Assembly (NCBI GenBank): GCA_048941265.1
Contig: JBHLNT010000001.1
Location: forward strand, 46,540-110,539
Source of the DNA: Promethearchaeota archaeon
GTDB lineage: Archaea; Asgardarchaeota; Lokiarchaeia; Sigyniarchaeales; SOKP01
Reading direction: 5' to 3'
Length of the DNA: 64,000 bases
A program made the position numbers and the translations under genes. The first letter of the stretch is position 1; each line of letters starts with the position of its first letter. Below the pieces are notes generated by a model. The model searched no databases, was not told where the DNA came from, and saw nothing but the letters and a program-made list of their open reading frames with translations. Shown here in pieces: positions 60,089 to 64,000 of the stretch.

Positions 60089-60975
60089 TATTTGATAACC
60101 CCCATTGTTTTTAAACCATCAATAAACCACTCGATTTCAAATTCTAAACCATGAATATTCTCCCTTGTATGAATTTTAGATTCTGGAATGAATTTTTCAT
60201 GATATTGTAGAGCTATATAGTTAAGAGATGGTTTTTCATTGTACCATTTTATGATTGAATCTTTAACATTCAAATGAAATTCTTTCGTATTTTCCACAAT
60301 ATTAATAAATTCCTCATCTGTCCACACCCCAAAATGAGATAAAGATATTGAATTTAACGCGTCTTTCATATTTTTTAACTTTTCCAAGGTCTTGAGGTAT
60401 TCAAATTCATCAAAATCAGGAGGTACAAACTCTGGCATCATCGTTTCATGATCAACTTTGTCGATTATCGCATCTCCAACAAAGATATTTTTATTTCTAT
60501 TATCGAAGACGGCAATAGAGTCTTGAGTATGCCCAAAAAAGTTTAAGATTTCTAATTCTAAACCGTTTAAATCAATGATATCTCCATCCTTTAAGGGTGT
60601 AACATTTTGAATCGGATTGACAGTATATCCAAAATATTCATTCATCTTTTCTGGATTTTTTAAATTGGAAATTGCTTTTTCTGAAGCTAAAACTTCGATT
60701 TCTGTCTCTTTCATTAATTTTTTCAATTTCCCCATCGCCTGTACATGGTCAAAGTGCGAATGTGTCAACAAAATTCTATGAATTGGATAGAGTCCAAAAT
60801 CTTTTAATTTCTTAATAATTCTTCTTGCAGCTAATTCTTCCCCCACATCAATCAACATTCTCATTCCTTCATTTTCTATTACGTAGAGCGCAAGTTGTCC
60901 TGGCAATCGAAAGATCATATCATCTATGAGATAAGAATTATCATTGAATTTACCTTCAGAATTTAAAAAGACCAT
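60088..60975 (-). CDS. metallo-beta-lactamase-fold hydrolase (paralog)
   Basis: THSHFDH, GHT, GDA, SHFG. Confidence 0.92.
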   Translation of the reverse strand: MVFLNSEGKFNDNSYLIDDMIFRLPGQLALYVIENEGMRMLIDVGEELAARRIIKKLKDFGLYPIHRILLTHSHFDHVQAMGKLKKLMKETEIEVLASEKAISNLKNPEKMNEYFGYTVNPIQNVTPLKDGDIIDLNGLELEILNFFGHTQDSIAVFDNRNKNIFVGDAIIDKVDHETMMPEFVPPDFDEFEYLKTLEKLKNMKDALNSISLSHFGVWTDEEFINIVENTKEFHLNVKDSIIKWYNEKPSLNYIALQYHEKFIPESKIHTRENIHGLEFEIEWFIDGLKTMGVIK

Positions 60976-61163
60976 CCTTTTTTCACTACTATTTTTTATT
61001 CGATTATAGTCCGATAAAATTTTAATTAAGCAACTATAATTGTATTAAAACTAAATCTTTAATAAGACTATATTATGAAATCCCACGAATAAAAAATAAA
61101 TACAATCCTTTCTCTTAAATCACATACTGAAAACCAATCTTAAAAATAAAATGAGGATAAATC

Positions 61164-62198
61164 ATGTTTTATGAAGAAAAATGTACTCTTTGTGGAGAAT
61201 GTTTAATGAAATGTCATTACCTAGCATATCCTGAGAACAAGGCTAAAGAAGAATTTCAAAAATTAATAAATGGTGAACCTAGTCCAGTTACCTCTGAATG
61301 TATTACATGTACCGCTTGTAATATGTACTGTCCTGAAGGTGCAAATCCTTTTGATTTAATTAATGTAAGGCAAGAAGAAACGGGAACTTTTAAATTTGCG
61401 AAAAGAATTTTGAAGATGTTCGACGCCGGTACCAAAATACCCTCAAAAATAGTACAAGGTGATCTAGATAAGCCTGTTATGAGCCTTTGCGTATTAGGCG
61501 ACATGCTACCAGGAGTCATTGAAGGCCAACTTTATGATGGGTTGACTTTCCTAAAAGGCGGAGATTACTTTTGTTGGATGGGAATGGTTCATACGGGAAG
61601 ACCGAGTTTGGTAAATAAACATAATCTTCAAACCTTTGTTGATAACTTAGCATCATCAGGAGCTGAAGAAATAATTCTCTTTCATGACGATTGTTACGCA
61701 TCGTTAACAAATATTGTGAAAGATTTCGATATTAATGTGCCCTTTAAATCGATTCATATTATCGAATACTTAAGAGATTATGTAAAAGATCATCAAGATC
61801 AAGTGAAAAAGCTTAATATCAAAATTGCCTATCAACAGCCATGCGCTTCAAGATATACGTTCGAGAAAGATATAATTCTTGATGAATTATTCGAACTAAT
61901 AGGTGCAGAAAGAGTGAAAAGAAAGTATGATAAAGAAGGAGCCCTCTGCTGTGGGGGAATCCAAGCAGCAATGGATAACGTTTCAGCAGAAGAAGAAAAC
62001 AGCTGGAGGATGAAAAACATAATGGATGCGAAAGAGGCTGGAGCTGAAGCATTTATTTTTCTTTGCCCACTGTGTATTGGAGGCCTCAGGGGTAGAGCTA
62101 AAGGACAAGGAATGGAGCCTTATATTTTGAGTAACCTCGTACGTGTGGCATTAGGAGAAGAACTCACGCATGGAGGAGCTGGAAAAAAGTTAGATTAA
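61164..62198 (+). CDS. HdrD/GlpC-like Fe-S protein with CCG domain
   Basis: CTLCGECLMKC, CITCTACNMYCP, YQQPC, CCGG, CPLC. Confidence 0.85.
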   Translation: MFYEEKCTLCGECLMKCHYLAYPENKAKEEFQKLINGEPSPVTSECITCTACNMYCPEGANPFDLINVRQEETGTFKFAKRILKMFDAGTKIPSKIVQGDLDKPVMSLCVLGDMLPGVIEGQLYDGLTFLKGGDYFCWMGMVHTGRPSLVNKHNLQTFVDNLASSGAEEIILFHDDCYASLTNIVKDFDINVPFKSIHIIEYLRDYVKDHQDQVKKLNIKIAYQQPCASRYTFEKDIILDELFELIGAERVKRKYDKEGALCCGGIQAAMDNVSAEEENSWRMKNIMDAKEAGAEAFIFLCPLCIGGLRGRAKGQGMEPYILSNLVRVALGEELTHGGAGKKLD

Positions 62199-62329
62199 TA
62201 CGAAGTTACGCCAAAGTTTTAACATGAAATAATAAAAATATCGACTAATAATCTTAAATATTCTTTTTTCATAATTACTAGTTAAATACAATTGTAAAAA
62301 TTCCAATTTACAAAAGGTAGAAATTAGAG

Positions 62330-64000
62330 ATGAGTGAGCAAGAAGGGAATCGGAATAATCCATATTCATTTGATGATTATTTGTTTGTTAGAGATAATTT
62401 TAATTATTATCGCGATGATGAATTCTTACAGGCTTTAGTAAAAAAGTATGCCGGTAATGATTTTGAAAAAATAGATAGGGATCTTCGCGCGCTTTCCGAC
62501 TATGTTTCTTTTAGATTTAGAGATTTAGCAGATAAAGCCAATGACCTTGAAAATCGTATAAAAGTTACTAAAATAAAACATTATGATGCTCATAATCATA
62601 GGATTGACCGTATAGAGAGATGCGCTGAGACTGAAACTTTAGAACGGGAGATATTCAGTCTTGGACTATTTGATCCTAATAGAAATACACCATGGAGTAG
62701 GTTTATGAAAATGTTTTTATTATATCAGAATAGCGAGGCAGGTGTAATGTGTCCCATTGCATGTACACACGGAATGGTCTGGCTCATGCAGCAATATGAA
62801 GATAATCTAGATCCTGAAGCATTAAAAGTACTCCAACATGTCAGGAATGGTTCAGGGGAATATAGCAACGGAGAATATGGGAGAGGAGCCCAATTTGTGA
62901 GTGAAATTCAAGGAGGTAGTGATGTTCCTGCTAATCTTGCTGAAGCTATATATGAAGAGGCTGAGGGACCCGATGGTGTTTCTAATTGTTGGAGGATTTA
63001 TGGACAGAAATTTTTCTGCTCAGCAGCTCATACAGATTATGCGGTTGTAACTGCTAAACCTAAAGGAACACCCTCTTCAACTAGAGTTGCTGCCTTTGCA
63101 GTTCCATCATGGTTGCCACAATATAAAGAGAAAGAAATACGAAATTCATATACCATTGATCGACTTAAACCTAAATTAGGGACCGCGGAGTTACCAACCG
63201 CAGAAATCACATATAATGGAGCTGTAGCATACCCTATTGGTCCTCTTGAAAAAGGATTAGCTGATATTGTAGGGGTTGTACTTTCATTATCAAGATTGCA
63301 TATAGGATTTGGAATGGCAGCTGGAGCTTTGAGAATTGCACGTGAAGCGACATTATATGCTCAATTTAGAACAGCTTTTGGAGTTCCAATATCCTCCTTT
63401 CCTTTAATGATAAACCAAATCAATGATTTAAATCAGACAGCTATGAGATCTGTTGCGGGTGCTTTCAAAGTCTATTCAGAATATATTGATTTTGGTGAAC
63501 AATTAATTGCAGGAATAAGGGATTTGGAAAAAATCGAAGATATAGTTGAGCGTAGAAGGCGTTTCAGGTTAAGGGAGCTTGTTATGTTACAAAAGATCGT
63601 AGTAGGTGATGAGGCTCCAGCTTTGATAAGAATGGCCATTTCATTTTTTGGAGGACATGGTATTATGGAGGATTTTTTATCTTTTCCTAGATTTCATCGT
63701 GATTCTATGATTATGGAATTATGGGAAGGCCCACGCAATGTATTGCTAACTCAAATTCATCGCGATTTTTCAAGAGTAAAGGAATGGTATAGCGCCGATG
63801 ATTTTGTTCGAGATCTTTTGGTTGGTGCTGATACAGATATTGTGGAATCTTATGCTAATGAGTTTTTACGAATAATGTCATATGATAGTCTACTAAGGAA
63901 CGATGAGGAAACACTTGCAATTTGCCGTGATTGGCAAAAACTTTCTAACGAACTCTTTAATAGATATCAAGATCAAGCTCTTGCTGAATTGAATTATAAA
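62330..64000 (+). CDS. acyl-CoA dehydrogenase (AidB-like), runs off the window end; not in the ORF track
   Basis: Manual translation: MSEQEGNRNNPYSF..., EAGVMCPIACT, SEIQGGSDV, QKFFCS, LKPKLGT..LPTAEI, GGHGIMEDF, ELWEGPRNV. Confidence 0.9.
   Translation, partial: MSEQEGNRNNPYSFDDYLFVRDNFNYYRDDEFLQALVKKYAGNDFEKIDRDLRALSDYVSFRFRDLADKANDLENRIKVTKIKHYDAHNHRIDRIERCAETETLEREIFSLGLFDPNRNTPWSRFMKMFLLYQNSEAGVMCPIACTHGMVWLMQQYEDNLDPEALKVLQHVRNGSGEYSNGEYGRGAQFVSEIQGGSDVPANLAEAIYEEAEGPDGVSNCWRIYGQKFFCSAAHTDYAVVTAKPKGTPSSTRVAAFAVPSWLPQYKEKEIRNSYTIDRLKPKLGTAELPTAEITYNGAVAYPIGPLEKGLADIVGVVLSLSRLHIGFGMAAGALRIAREATLYAQFRTAFGVPISSFPLMINQINDLNQTAMRSVAGAFKVYSEYIDFGEQLIAGIRDLEKIEDIVERRRRFRLRELVMLQKIVVGDEAPALIRMAISFFGGHGIMEDFLSFPRFHRDSMIMELWEGPRNVLLTQIHRDFSRVKEWYSADDFVRDLLVGADTDIVESYANEFLRIMSYDSLLRNDEETLAICRDWQKLSNELFNRYQDQALAELNYK

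Noticed and set aside
3369-62052. Numerous 60-115 aa ORFs in the track overlapping larger genes (e.g. 3369, 6999, 11788, 14803, 17681, 31894, 43196, 52752, 61256)
   Set aside because: Antisense or out-of-frame shadows of well-supported genes, with no motifs of their own
1-64000. CRISPR array, rRNA, tRNA, IS/transposase or integrase
   Set aside because: No regularly spaced repeats, GC-rich structured RNA blocks or transposase motifs seen by eye; a short or intron-containing tRNA could have been missed

Overview
AT-rich, gene-dense prokaryotic DNA. It has frequent TTG/GTG starts, T-tract gene ends and archaeal tRNA-modification genes (Taw2/Trm5, Trm11-like). The gene content (F420-binding FrhB domains, Hdr-type CCG proteins, expanded MFS/GPH transporters, a Ras-like fold protein, C2-, GIFT/IFT52- and 7TM-like proteins) is most consistent with an Asgard archaeon of the Lokiarchaeia type; this is inferred, as no marker gene is present. 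I saw no rRNA, tRNA, CRISPR array or transposase. Highlights: (1) a co-transcribed cluster at 7015-14061 joining three PlsC-type glycerolipid acyltransferase domains and a HAD phosphatase with a split DUF2229/dehydratase/activase trio, the domain set of anaerobic plasmalogen synthase and glycerol-ester reductase, suggesting a fatty-acyl ester-to-ether lipid pathway in an archaeon; (2) a redox operon at 18821-28114 with NfnA, two tandem ferredoxin-FrhB(F420)-NfnB fusions and an HdrD-type protein carrying a GltD/NfnB-like module inserted into its CCG domain; (3) three tandem stand-alone 7TM proteins; (4) a KDSR-like reductase/FGGY kinase/class III aminotransferase cluster; (5) several eukaryote-like fold candidates and pseudogene remnants. 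All assignments come from motif recognition by eye and need HMM or structure confirmation.
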